From contig OX597836.1 in NCBI GenBank assembly GCA_951406725.2, positions 1,612,001 through 1,676,000 of the forward strand: a stretch of DNA of 64,000 nucleotides, in the 5' to 3' direction. Both the position numbers and the translations under genes were made by a program. The notes beneath the pieces are model-generated. The model was given only the letters and a program-made list of their open reading frames with translations. It was not told where the DNA came from and did not search any database. Source of the DNA: Octopus vulgaris (taxonomy: Eukaryota). Below, one piece after another: positions 28,101-43,046 of the stretch. The stretch's first letter is position 1; every line of letters starts with the position of its first letter.

Positions 28101-28255
28101 TATACTAGAAAAAATAAGGTACTCAGAAATCTGGAGATTCTACTAGAGTAGATGCAAGCACTAATACATGATTTAAAAACACATATGACATATTAATAAA
28201 AATCTGTAAATATAAAACCATCCAGATTTCTGAGCACTTTATTTTATTTCTTCTA

Positions 28256-28260
<5 letters not shown>
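28101..28260. mobile_element. Small MITE-like inverted-repeat element beside (TA)n
   Basis: TAGAAAAAATAAGGTACTCAGAAATCTGGA ... TCCAGATTTCTGAGCACTTTATTTT..TTCTA. Confidence 0.7.
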
Positions 28261-28324
<64 letters not shown>

Positions 28325-28600
28325 ACAATTGAGGGTAAAATTAATTAATTAATCAATTTCACCAAGTGTTCAGTATGTAAAAGGACCATTTAAGGCGAAT
28401 TCAAAATATTACATTATATAATTAGGGCTTAGTAAAATAAATTACTTTGCCACATACTGAACTTAGTAGAAATAGCAGCCAAAAAAAATTTTCTTAGCAT
28501 TTCTACTACTTAAAAGAAAATTTCTCTCAGATAATGTTTACTCCAGACAGCCCACGAAGGTTTGGAGGTAAATACAGAAAAATATCACAAGAACAGATCG

Positions 28601-28663
28601 TTTGAGTACGTCAATGTTTCAAGATTAGCCAAATAAAATCAGCATTTCTTTCGTCAGCTCAAA
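28601..28663 (-). ncRNA. Type I hammerhead ribozyme motif, intact core
   Basis: Minus strand: TTTGAG-CTGACGA-AAGA..GCTGA/TTGGC..TCTT-GAA-ACATTGACGT-A^-CTCAAA. Perfect 6 bp stem I and a GUA site. Lies in a ~780 bp element (28322-29100) abutting (TA)n. Confidence 0.8.
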
Positions 28664-29186
28664 ATTTCTTAAATTAGAGGATGTGTGACCCTCCTGAAGG
28701 GATGGTTGCATCCAAGAAGATAGTGGCTCAATACCTAGTTTTTTGGGGGATGGAAATTCCCTTAAAACAATGGGTATATATAAAGTACACATTTGATATC
28801 CATTTAAATGAAGAAAAAAAAAGAAATAAAACGGAGACAAGGAAGTCAATAAAAAGATGTGCATCGGGATGTTAAGTGTTGGTGTATCAATTCATTTCAA
28901 CAATTTGATGCAATGGATTGATAATCCCACATATAACATCCAAAGGTACATCATTTTCCCCCCGAGGAAATTTTACTCATGTCTCTTAAATGTAAATTTA
29001 AGGTTCAACTTCGTAATTAAATTTTTGAGCATTAATTGAAAATTTTTAAGAAGAGAAGATGACCAATTTGTTGTAAATAATAAACAATCATTAATTTCCT
29101 TATCTTCTTCTTCTTTTTCTTCTTCTTCTTCTTCTTCGTCTTCTTCTTCGGAATTAGAACTCATAAAAAAAGACAGACGAAATATT

Positions 29187-29411
29187 TATTTCTTTACTAT
29201 CCACAAGGGGCTAAACACAGAGAGGACAAATAAGGACAGACAAACGGATGAAGTCGATTATATCGACCCCAGTGCGTAATCGGTACTTATTTAATCGACC
29301 CCGAAAGGATGAAAGGCAAAGTCGACCTCAGTGGAATTTGAACTCAGAACATAACGGCAGACGAAATACGGCCACGCGTTTCGCCCGGCGTGCTAACGTT
29401 TCTGCCGCCTT
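29187..29411 (-). mobile_element. SINE family A, tail type 1
   Basis: Reverse complement of 1916-2147 with high similarity. Confidence 0.88.
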
Positions 29412-30506
29412 CACAAGAGAGTATTAAAGTACGCTACATTGTGTAAGACAATACAAAAGTATCGCACATTACTCAACACCACAGAATGGTAGGACGGGCA
29501 GACTGTCAGGCGGACAGACGGGTAGGCGGGCGGTTGGTGTGGGTTGGAGTAGAGAGGGGAAGGCGAGCGGGTGGAGAAGGCAGGTGACAGGCTGGCGAGT
29601 GGTTAGGCGGTGAGGTAGGCAGGCACATAGGTAGGCACAGAGGTAGGCAGGAAGGCAGGTAGGCATTCAGGTAAGCTGCAGACATATAGGCATGCAGAAA
29701 GGCAGAAAGGCAGAAAGGCGGAGAGGCAATCACGGATGATATGCAGCGCAGGCTGTACAAGAGAGCCGCAATGGGCTGATCGATAAGCTGATGATTGATA
29801 AATGCACATCGAAGCATCCTACCTCTACCTTCCCCACCTTTCAACCCCGATCCCTTCCACCTGTTTCGACCATCCACCCATCCACCCATGCCACCACCGA
29901 CCGACGGAATGAATAGTTTGTGAGTGTGCTGTGAAGGATGACGAGGGAAAGAGGGAAGAAGAGAGAGAGGGGGAGTCGGGGAAAGTTGGAGAGGAAGAGA
30001 TCGAAGCATTTGGAGTGGAGAGAGATAGAGAGACGATGAGCGTTGGTAAAGAGTTTCGGGAAATTATGGCAAGATCACTAAATGAAGTAATGCACGCGAA
30101 TGCAATCAAACTGCAGTTTGTATGCAGTTGCACGCTTTGCAAATATGTGCATCATTATGTGTAGATTCGCGCCCCAAAAGAAACATGGCAATTATATGTT
30201 GTTGTTGCTGTTGTTGCTGTTGTTGTGTTATTGTTTGTCAGTTTGTCAGATGCGTTGTTTGTTTTGTTGATTGACGCTGCTGTTGTTGCGGCAGGTGGAG
30301 GGGGAGGGAGAATGAAAGAGAGGGAGAGAGAGAATAAAGGAGAGAGAGCTAATGAGAGAGAAAAAGAGAGAGAGAAAGAGTGACAGAGACAGACAGACAG
30401 AGGAAGGTGAAGAGAGAGAGAAACAGTGCAACGAAAAGACACAGAGCGAGATAAACAGTGGGAGAGAGGGGGAGAGTGACAGGAGGAAACAAAAGAAGAT
30501 AAAGAC

Positions 30507-30541
<35 letters not shown>

Positions 30542-31672
30542 AAGAGAGAGAGGGAAAGAGAACGAGAAATAGAGAGAGAGAGAGAGAGAGAGCCAGGGGG
30601 AACGAAAGACAAAGGTGGAAATAGGCAGATGGAGAGAGAGAGACAGATAGTGAGAAAGAGAGAAAGACGGACGGTGAGAGTGAGATAGATAGCAGTAGAG
30701 AGACTAAAAGAGACAAATAGAGAGGGAAAGAGAGAGAGTCTCAATATTGTGAAACTGAAAGTTATATGAAATTTGTGTAAGAGAGAAGATGTGGAGAGGG
30801 GGATAAACTGCATGAAGGAGAGAGTAAAGGAGAGAAGGAGAGGAGAGAAAGGAAGCAAACGTATGAAAGATGGGAATTAGTAGGGAAGACGTGGTGGGAG
30901 GTTAGTGATTAGGAGGGAAGGTCGTGGAGATGGAAGGGCAGCCTTGCGTCCAAATATCGTATGGTTTGCACGCATGCACTTCAATAACGCACGCATGCAC
31001 AGGAAGTATGCATGTGTTAATGGATACGTGTGCGATTTAGGGGAGGCATCGTTCTAGCTTCCACAATTTTATTATGCATGTTTGTGTTGTGACGTCAGCG
31101 AACACACAGAGTATTGTCACATATGTTTAATGCATATACACACTCATGCACACACACACACACTAACACACATACACACGCACGCACATACACACACGAA
31201 TAAACACATACTTGAATATATGAATATATATAACTATATCAATCTATCTATCCATCTATCTATCTATCTATCTATCTATATATATATATATATACAAATA
31301 CGTGTATATATTACATATATATACAATTGATGCATATATATATATATGTACACACACAAATACGCGTATATATTTACATATTTATATAATTGATATATAT
31401 TATATATATATATATATATACACACGCGTATATATTATATATAACAACTATATATATATAACTGATATATATATACATACATATGTATGTATGTGTCATT
31501 TACTGGAATGCGTACATGAAAGTGTTACGTGTATTTAGACGAGTATTTATGATCACCTATTTAGGGGCGTGCATATACATATGCATTTATATTCACTCTC
31601 CTGCATATATATATATATATGTGCATGCATCGGGGTTCTCTGTACGTATGTGATATATTTCTCTCTTTCTCC

Positions 31673-31737
<65 letters not shown>

Positions 31738-32373
31738 TATTTGCGTGCATTGGTGATATTTTGATACAGGCGTGCGTTTTTATGCATGTAAGTTGCTTGT
31801 ATATATTTGTAACTCAATATACCACTAGGTGTTATTACATCTCAACATACTGATATCTATCTTTAAACCATCAATATATATATATATGAGGGTTAACTTG
31901 CTTGTATGTGTTACAGACATGTATATACGAACACGTGTTGTTATGTACGTATAAATGATTTTAATCCACATGGTTGTATGAAAATATATTTATGCGCACA
32001 AGGTCCTCGTCTGCTAATGCATATATGTATATGTATACATATATATATATATGTATACACACATATATATTTATATATGTACATAATGCGTTCATGCTGT
32101 GTATTTAATCATATATTTCCTGCTGTGTTTGTAATCGTATATTTAAATGTATAATCAAGATGATGTGTGTGTATAGGTGTGTATACATTCATGTGTCTGG
32201 TTGTATGTCGTTAGAGAAATAGGACAGAGTGCAAATATGATTGCTTGCTCAGAGTGATATGTGTATTTGTATTTGGAGAGGAGAGAGCGAGAGAGATGGA
32301 GTAGGAGGCAGAGAGTGAGAAAGTTTTATTTTGTCTACTAGTATAGGTAGCTACGTGAGAGAGTAATGTGTAT

Positions 32374-32404
<31 letters not shown>

Positions 32405-32571
32405 ATAGAGGAGAGGGGGGAGAAGGGGAAATATTTTGCTGTAATAAAGAGATAGATAATCAAAGATATTGATAAGAGATATAGGTAGGTAGATAAATAT
32501 ACATACATACGTACACACACACATATATATAGAGAGATTGATAAATAGATATAGATGTAAGTGCTCAGATG

Positions 32572-32613
<42 letters not shown>

Positions 32614-32639
32614 ACACACACACACGTATATATATATAT

Positions 32640-32796
<157 letters not shown>

Positions 32797-33664
32797 CTCA
32801 AGTAGGCAGACAGACAAATTATAGAAAATAATCCTATATCTTCCTGAATGAAAATAAAACAAAAGGCAGCCTGCCTTTTGTTGTACTCATTTATGAGAAG
32901 ATATTTCGATCTTTAACGAAACTGTGTTCTCTCACTGCTTGTTGAAATAATCTGAGACAAACAGCTTGATACACAAAGTGACTGATAAAGACAAAGATTG
33001 AGAAATACATACATTAATACAATACGTATATGGTGGAGTGTTTTGTGTTGTGTGGTACAATTTGCAACAAGCAGTATAGCTCTGTATGAGTGAAGAAATT
33101 AAAGGTATATCATTATGAAAGCCACAAAAAACATGGTGATCCATTGCTAGTTATAGTTTCCAGGTCGAAACATTAATTCGTTAGATTGTTTCTTCGGTAG
33201 AATCAGTCATTGCACACCTAATTAAAGTCGTGAGTCACAAAGAAGATAAAACAGTTGGGTGACATAGAGAGGGAAAGAGAGAGAGAGAAAGAGAGAGAGA
33301 TGGAGAAAGAGAGGAGTGTAGGAGGGAGATATGCAGAATTGTGTAGATGTAAATTGAAAAACATCTCAATTGATTATTTAGACGTAAATACTGAATATCT
33401 ACAACAATCTAAATAAACTTTTCTCTTGAAAGTAAATGTGAAATATCAGAGACACTTCGCTCTACGCAGAAGTGATAAGAGATTCTTAGACAAATAGCAA
33501 TATTTTCTGATGGTGAGCACCATGTTGGAAAAACTCTCGTACCCGTGTCTCAGGTTCGCATATCGCTCCTTAGACAATAGGTTTCAAGTGAGGGGGGGGC
33601 AACGGCTGAAGAAACGTACCATTGCGAAAGGGCCACTCTGCGATCTCTTGTCAAAATCAAGGGA

Positions 33665-34228
33665 GAGGCTTAGTCGATTACATCGACCCCAGTGCGCAAC
33701 TGGTACTTATTTTACCGACTCCAAAAGGATGAAAAGGCAAAGTTGACCACGGAAGAATTTGAACTGAGCATGTAAAGACGGAAGAAATGTCTCGAAGCAT
33801 TTTCTCCGGCGTGCATACTACTCTGACAGCTTGTCACCTTAAACACGTCAGTAATATTGGTTTTTAAATTTCAGCACAAGGCCAGCAGTTTCAGGGGTGA
33901 AGTTAAGTCGTTTACATCGACCCCAGTGTTTAACTGGTACTTATATTATCGACCACAAAAAAAATAAATAAATGATAAAGTCGACCACGACAAAATTGAA
34001 AAGTATGTCACTATTATTAACATCTTTCTAAGTCGGAACCGTTCGCACGTCGGAGGAAATGCTTAACGCCATTTCATTCGTTTTTACGTTCTGAGTTCAA
34101 ATGCTACCAAGGTCGGCTTTCCCTTTCATCCTTTTCTGGGTCGATAAAATAACCACCGGTTAAATACTGGGGTCAATGTAATCCACCTATTCTCACCTCC
34201 TCCAAATTGCTGGCCTCTTCCAAAATTT
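33665..34228. mobile_element. Cluster of three SINE family A copies (33665-33840 -, 33856-33995 -, 34035-34228 +)
   Basis: TACATCGACCCCAGTG..AACTGGTACTTAT occurs twice on the plus text, and TTACGTTCTGAGTTCAAAT..CCTTTCATCC occurs in the third copy. Confidence 0.8.
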
Positions 34229-34389
34229 CACATCAATTTGTTCTGATGTGTTGAAGGCGGAGAACACAGGTAGAACAGGTACGCACCAGGTAAAATGCTT
34301 AGCGGCATTCCTTCCGCCATTACCACCTGAGTTCATATAACACCGGGATTTATTAAATAAGCAAAAGTTCAGCTGGTAGATATTTACTT

Positions 34390-34744
34390 TCGGGACTGAA
34401 CCCGCAACGATGTGGTTGGAAAGCAAACTTCTTTCTACACAACCACCGCTACGTTTATGTGTGTGTGTGTGTGTGTGTACATACATACATACATACATAC
34501 ATACATACATACATGTATATATGTATGTACGTATATATGTGTATGTATGTATGTATGTATGTGTGTATATATATGTATGTATGTGTATATGTTTGTCCCC
34601 GTAACCTAGCGGTTCGACCAACGCGTTTGATAGAATAAGTTCTAGGCTTACAAAGAATAAGTCCTGAGTTCGATTTCCTCGACTACACGTGGTGCCCTTG
34701 CATAATTGCAGTCCAATGACTGAAACAAGTAGAAGAATAAAAGA

Positions 34745-34745
<1 letters not shown>
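34390..34745. mobile_element. SINE family B pieces: head on the minus strand (34390-34450) and 3' half on the plus strand (34585-34745)
   Basis: GGGACTGAACCC..TGTGGTTGG, then GTCCCCGTAACCTAGCGGTTCG...ATGACTGAAACAAGT. Confidence 0.7.
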
Positions 34746-34795
<50 letters not shown>

Positions 34796-35547
34796 TATAT
34801 ATATATATGTGTGTGTATGTGTGTTTCTGTATGTATATATGTATGTGTGTATGTATATATGTATATATCTTTTTGGTTCCTCCTCAACGTTATTATCACA
34901 ACAGACACAGCTACAGCACGTCTGAAATAAATCTAACGTGTATTTAAGCAGACTTTGTGAGATTTCAAACGTAAGCAATCAGAATCAGTTTCGTTCAGTC
35001 TGATCTTTCTTTCCGAACATAATAAAAACAAATTTTATTGCTCTTTGACTCCAGACTACAAATTAAATTTGCTGTTTAAATTTCTAAATAATTTCCTCGT
35101 TCCAATCGAGCAACAACCATGTATCATGTTGTATATTACTAACGCTTATCTACTCATACACTTTTCTCCCTTATTTATTAACACACTCTCCTACAGACTA
35201 TCACCGCTCGCCTTCCATCTCTCTCTCTCTCTCTTTCTCTCTCTCTCCATGTTTTCCTAAACCGATCTCATACATCAAACGTCTCACTTCTAAATTCTAG
35301 CCATGTTCTCTCACTCTCTTGCTTCATCTCTCATTCTCACTCATCCTCTCACTATCTGTCTCTGTTTCTCTCTCTCTCTCTATCTCTTCCCCCTTCTCTC
35401 CCCCCTCTCTCTATGTTTGTGTGTCTTCGTACGCACAAGTATATTCTCTTTGATCAACCAATTTACCGTTTTGTAGAACATGCTACAACTTATCAGACCC
35501 AGTTCCAATACTTGCACATACAGCTCCACCCCTCCACACACATAGAT

Positions 35548-35660
35548 GCAGGCGTTGTGGCTGTGTGGTGAGCATTTTGCTTCTCAACCACATATCGTGG
35601 CACCTTCGCTGAGTGCCCGACAAAAGCCTTGTCAGTGGATTTGCTCGACGGTCGTCGTAC
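35548..35660 (+). mobile_element. Internally deleted SINE family B head
   Basis: GTGGCTGTGTGGTGAG..CAACCACA..CGTGGCACCTT..AAAGCCTTGT.AGTGGATTTG. Confidence 0.65.
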
Positions 35661-35943
35661 CAATTCTTATTTGGTATACGCTGGATGTATTCACAGGTAT
35701 CTCACCCATATGGCTTATATTGTAAAAACCTCCTCTCCAGGTTGGCCAAGATGTCACAATTCCATACAATTTCAATTCCTCCTCCTTCTCCTCCTTCCCC
35801 CCCTCCTCCTCCTCCTCCTCCTCCACCAAGCATACCACACTCCCCCCACGTATGTACACACGTAGAAATAAATATTCTATTTGTATTTTTCATCTCATCA
35901 GTAAACACATAGTAATATATAAATATATATAACTGCTCCGCCT

Positions 35944-36018
<75 letters not shown>

Positions 36019-36237
36019 GTCTGTCTATCTATCTATCTATTCGTCTCTCTGTCCGTATGTCTCTTTGTCTGTCTGTGTTTCTGTCTGTCTGGCTGACTGA
36101 CATCAATCGTAATCTGCTTCCCCAGTGTCTTCACATATATTTATGTCTTTATAAGCATATGCATACATAGAAACATATACGCAAATATATACACGCAAAT
36201 ACATATATATATTTATATATCTATATATATACATATG

Positions 36238-36283
<46 letters not shown>

Positions 36284-36319
36284 CATATTTGCAGAGTGAC
36301 ACAGACACACACACATACG

Positions 36320-36365
<46 letters not shown>

Positions 36366-36505
36366 TCATTCACCCAGATATGCATAAAACATTCATGCAT
36401 ATGCATGATGTATACATATATGTGTTATATATATATATGTATGTATATATATATACATATATATATATATATCTATATATATGTGTATATGTATATGTAT
36501 ACATG

Positions 36506-36568
<63 letters not shown>

Positions 36569-36732
36569 ACATGCATGCATGCATACATACACACATATAC
36601 ATACACTCGCGCTGACATATACACACATACACATGTGCAGGGTCGGCAGAGACGAATTGATGTACAGAAAGTGTGCTGTATTGATGTATACAAATAGAGG
36701 AGAATAATATAACATTCAGTGAGAGAGAAAGA

Positions 36733-36790
<58 letters not shown>

Positions 36791-36900
36791 GAGACATCAG
36801 GGAGATTGGATGACGGAAGAGAGCGGAAGGGAGATAGACAGAAAAGAGCGAGAGCAAGAGAGAAAGATGGAGAGAGCGAGAGAGGAAGAAAGAGAGAGAG

Positions 36901-36933
<33 letters not shown>

Positions 36934-37589
36934 GAGCGAGTGAGAGAGAGCAAAAGGCAATATAGAGAAGCAGGAGAGAAATGAAACGTCCCACATCTAA
37001 ATGGCCTTATTATCACAAATTGATGAACAAATATGCAATTTCGAGTTAGCAATTAAATGTCTATTGAAATTCACTGAATCACACGCGAAACGTTCTTCGA
37101 GCTTTGTACGAGCTTTTCTCTCCCTTTTTTTATTATTATTATTATTATTATTTTTATATTTGTCTATTTTTATTTTATTTCATTTTTCTTATACTTTGTT
37201 GGATTTCGGTTTTGATATTTGCTTGATTTTTGCATGTTTTCTCAATTCGTAACTCTGAATGACGATGGTCGTAGCTGCTGCTGCTGCTGCTCCTACTGCT
37301 GCTCGTAATTTTACTGTTCTGCTTGTTGTTGTTGTTGTTGTTGTTGTCGTTCTAGCTGTTTTTTGCGCTTGTTGTATTCGCTTTTCATGCTAATACCATT
37401 CTTATGCCATTGTTGTTGTTGTTGTTGCTCTTGTAGTCACTGTTTCGTCGTCGTCGTCGTCGTTGTTGTTGTTGTTGTTTCCTTTGCCGATTTTGCTGCT
37501 GTTGTTGTTGTTGTTGTGGTTGTAGTCGTTGTGTTGTTGCTATTAATCTTTGGGACAGAGACTTATGATGTTGCAATTGTTATTGCATT

Positions 37590-38215
<626 letters not shown>

Positions 38216-38934
38216 AGTTGCTGTAGGTGTTATATTTGCCGAGTCGGGGATATATTACCCATGCAATTCTTACTATTATTGTTATTAATGTTATGGCAAG
38301 TATGCTTATTCTTGTCGTTGTTCTTGTCGAAATTTCTAATGATGCTGTTGTTTGAACTGGTTTTGTTTTTGTGCAGCCTCCACTTTATTACTCCTTGCCG
38401 TTTATTCCGTTTACTGTTGTTCTTGTTGCTTTCATCATTGTTTGATTTTCCCATTGTTATTCTTATTATTACTACGCGGTTGACGTTGTCATTGTTATTC
38501 CTTTTTTAAATATGCTGGTATTTTTGGATCTCTCTCTCTCTCTCTCTCTTTCTCTCTCCCTCTCGCACTGTATTTTTCTCCTCCGCTCATTTTCTCTTCT
38601 TTCTCTCTCTCTCTGGCTGTCTCAGCATACACACACATATATATATATATACATATATACACATACTTACATACATATATGCAGTTGTACACACATGGAT
38701 GCAAACTAATATGAACACACATTTATACGTGTACGTACAGATACATCCATTCTTTCGTAGACCTCTATGCTGAATAATGCATTATAATCCATGATAATTA
38801 ATTATGCGTACATATATTAATTTTTGATGCCTATGTGTTTTCGTTCAATATGCGTCCCGCTTTTGAATTCAGATACATATACATTCATACATACTTACAC
38901 ACATACATATACATATATCCATATATACATGCAT

Positions 38935-39057
<123 letters not shown>

Positions 39058-39127
39058 TATATATATGTAGAAATATATATCTCCATACACACACATATAT
39101 ATATATACATATCTATAAATATAAATG

Positions 39128-39161
<34 letters not shown>

Positions 39162-39450
39162 TCATATATGCATACACATATCTATGTGTGCATATACACA
39201 TATACCTATGCGTGTATAAAAATATATATAATTATTGACATGACATACGTATATATACTTAGTATATAAATCTATAAATATATTCAAAAATAAATACATA
39301 TATATATCTACACACACTTTTGGGGGTAGGCATAGAAAACACACATACGTATATATACTTCACCCATTCGTATATATAATCGTTATATAAATATATTCGT
39401 ATAAAATACGTAACCTACATACTTTGATGTCTATACATATACACCAATAA

Positions 39451-39522
<72 letters not shown>

Positions 39523-39682
39523 TACATATATATATACACATATATACACATACATATTGGGAATGGGCTGTATTGATTGTATATATATATATGTATATGT
39601 ATATTTGTATGTATGTATGTGTGTATGTGTAGGTATTTTTTTTTTTTTTTTTTTTTGTGTGTAGATATATGTGTATGTGTAT

Positions 39683-39716
<34 letters not shown>

Positions 39717-39783
39717 CCCCAAAATCCCCACCACCATATATGCTAATACAATTTTGTTAAATAGCTTCTATATATACTATATA

Positions 39784-39839
<56 letters not shown>

Positions 39840-40680
39840 TATATGTATATATACGTATATTATATATATGTATATATATACGAATATATATATATACATA
39901 TATATGTATATACACATGCATATACACATGCATATACATACATATATATTTATATATTGTATATACGTATGTATAAATACGGCTGCATGCATATAAATAT
40001 ATACATATGCTTCGGAGTTATGTATAAATACATATTTTCATATTTAAACTTCATTATAGACACACCATTCCTTATACACACGCAATATACTTCTATATAT
40101 TAAGTAAATAACAAGCTATACAACAAAATGCTGCATATTGATAGCAAATCCATTGGTTTCTTTTTGTTTTTTCTTCTCCAATCGAAGTATTTCTTTTCTT
40201 CTTTTAGTCGTCCATTTTGTCTGTTTTTCCTCCATTAACTGGCAACCACTTCAGTTAACAATATATTTGCGCTGTTTCTGATGAATTGCTGTTTTTAAGT
40301 TTCCCTTCATGTATCAATTATTTCGATATTTCCATATAAGAATATTGAAAACATTGGAACTCCGAATATGTTTATGCATACATACATCCATACATCCATA
40401 CATCCATACATATAAATGTGCAAACATACATACTCTCTCACACACACATACATGTTTACATATATGTTTGTATGTATGAATATATTTATATATACATTGA
40501 TACATACACACACTTATATGTATATATATACATATACATATATACATATATACATATATGTATATTCACTTATATGTATATGCATATAAATATACATACA
40601 CACACACATATATATATATATATACATATATATGTATACATCCACATAATAATGCATGCATATATATATATGTGTGTGTG

Positions 40681-40726
<46 letters not shown>

Positions 40727-40742
40727 TATATATGTGTGTGTG

Positions 40743-40794
<52 letters not shown>

Positions 40795-41462
40795 ATCCAA
40801 ACAAGAAAACACACAAAAACACAACAACGCGAGGAACCTATATACGTATAATTATCTATATATGTAAGTGTGTATAAAACTCGCATAGAGAATAAAGAGT
40901 GATGTATCTATGTAAATAAAGACACGGTCTTTGCTGCAGCTGTGCAGTTCCATATTAAGGTAAATCTATCGAATAAATTTACTTTCTCCTCAGGCGCGAT
41001 GTTAATTTAAATTTAAAATAGTTTCAATTCAAATTCCATGTTCAATCTCTATTTCCTTAAATATATTGGAAGAAATAACTCTTTGTGTCTCGTGTGCGAT
41101 TTTTGGCAACCGAATAGGTAAACGATGATTTTTGTACATTCTCTTGTCACTCGAGACAAAGGTAGCTGAAGATCTTTTCCGTATCTAGACAGCTCTCACT
41201 CTGGGTCAATTTCTTGAATCATTAGGTGGCATTTTTGTGAATGAAAACCACGAAAATTTCGTGCTAGAATCTATTCATCCATATGTTACTAATTTTGTCG
41301 CGGCCAAGGACATTGCCTCCTGAAACGCATGCCAACAAAAGATCATTGTAATCACCATATTCACTTCCATCCGTCTCCGGTTCCGATTTGACAGTTCTAG
41401 ATTTATATTTCTCTTGGACATCTACGTTTCTATCTCTCTATCTTTCTATCTTTGTAACCACC

Positions 41463-41641
41463 AGAGCGTGGCTGTGTGGTAAGAAGCTTACTTTCGAACC
41501 AAATATTTCTCAGTTCAGTCTTAACTGCGTGGCAACTTGGGCAGATGTCTTGCACTATAACTTCGGCCGACCAAAGTCGTGTGAGGAGATTGGGTAGACG
41601 GAAACTGAAAGCACATCGTATATATATATATATACACACAC

Positions 41642-41714
<73 letters not shown>

Positions 41715-41915
41715 TAATCCAAACAAGAAAGCACAAAAAACACAACAACGCGAGGACGTGGAACAAATATAGTATTATTGGACGCTCAAGAAAGAAGGAA
41801 AGAAGGAGGGTTTAACGTTCCGAGCGGAGCTCTTCGTCGGAAACATAAGAGAAGGAAAGATCCAGAGAAGGGAAGACAGAGGAAATAAAATCGCCAACGG
41901 TACACACGAGGTCAC

Positions 41916-41947
<32 letters not shown>

Positions 41948-42148
41948 CTGTGTATACGTTTGTGTGTGTCTTTATGTATCGGCGTTAGTGTACTTACGTC
42001 TCTGTAACTTAGAAGTTATGTAAAAGAAGTTCTGTAATAGACACAAGGCTTTAAAAAGAAAATGTCCAAGAGTCGATTCATTCTATTAAAAATGTTTCAA
42101 GTCGGTGACCCAACATGGCCCCGTTCTAATGGCTAAAATAAATAAAGA
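41463..42148 (+). mobile_element. SINE family B interrupted in its internal (TA)n by another element
   Basis: 5' half at 41463-41620, diverged 3' half at ~41940-42148, insertion at 41713-41915. Confidence 0.75.
41713..41915 (-). mobile_element. Short (TA)n-inserted element with a degenerate HHR (41810-41844); truncated sister copy at 40791-40835
   Basis: Minus strand: GTTT-CCGACGA-A-GAGC-TCC-GCTC-GGA-ACGT-T-AAAC. The terminus GTTAATCCAAACAAGAAA..CACAACAACGCGAGGA is repeated at 40791. Confidence 0.7.
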
Positions 42149-42555
42149 CCAAAAAATCAAATATAATAATATATTCTACAGAAAGTTTTTTATGGCGGTT
42201 CCAAACTGATTATATCACGAGGTTTCGGTTTCATTAGGCGCGGTGCTTCGCGTTTGGGAGGAATGCTGTTTTTTGTTTCTCACAATTACTATATATTCTC
42301 GGGAGATGTTTTGTAATGGTTCCCAACGTTCGGGAATATTCCTTAATGTAAATGGTTACGAGGGATTCCTCGAATTATGTTTCTGCAACAACAAAAAGAA
42401 AGAAAGAAAACAGAAAAATACTATGTTTTTGTTTTCTAGGCTTAAGAACATAATGGTAAATTCTCGTAATTGGATTGTATGTTTTACTTCAGCAAGTCGC
42501 TGGGCGTTCGGTAAAGCCGTTGCTAATATCCAGTACATACATACACAGACACACA

Positions 42556-42611
<56 letters not shown>

Positions 42612-42652
42612 TACACACACACACATATATATACACATAAATATATGTATAT

Positions 42653-42688
<36 letters not shown>

Positions 42689-43012
42689 ATATACATACAT
42701 ATATATATATACATTTATATATATCTATATATACATACAAATATATATATAGAAACATATATGTATACACACGCACATATATATATACATATAGTCGGAA
42801 TTTACAACTAAAAGGCAGCATATATAGTCGACACTAAAGTGACGGTGGGTTCTAGTGAGCACCAGCATTGTAAGAAATAAGAATCAAATCACCTCTTAGC
42901 CTCGTTGCTACCAGTTGAATTGACTCTTATTTCTAGCCATAGTTGTGCTTACTAGCAACTCCGTGTGTGAGCGTGTGTGCCTATTAGTGTATGTTTGTGT
43001 ATCTTTCTCTCT

Positions 43013-43046
<34 letters not shown>

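Noticed and set aside
40275-40365. CTGATGA followed by a distant GAAA
   Set aside because: No convincing stem I, II or III pairing. Other CTGANGA words near 29788, 35895, 43825, 57066 and 58909 also fail.
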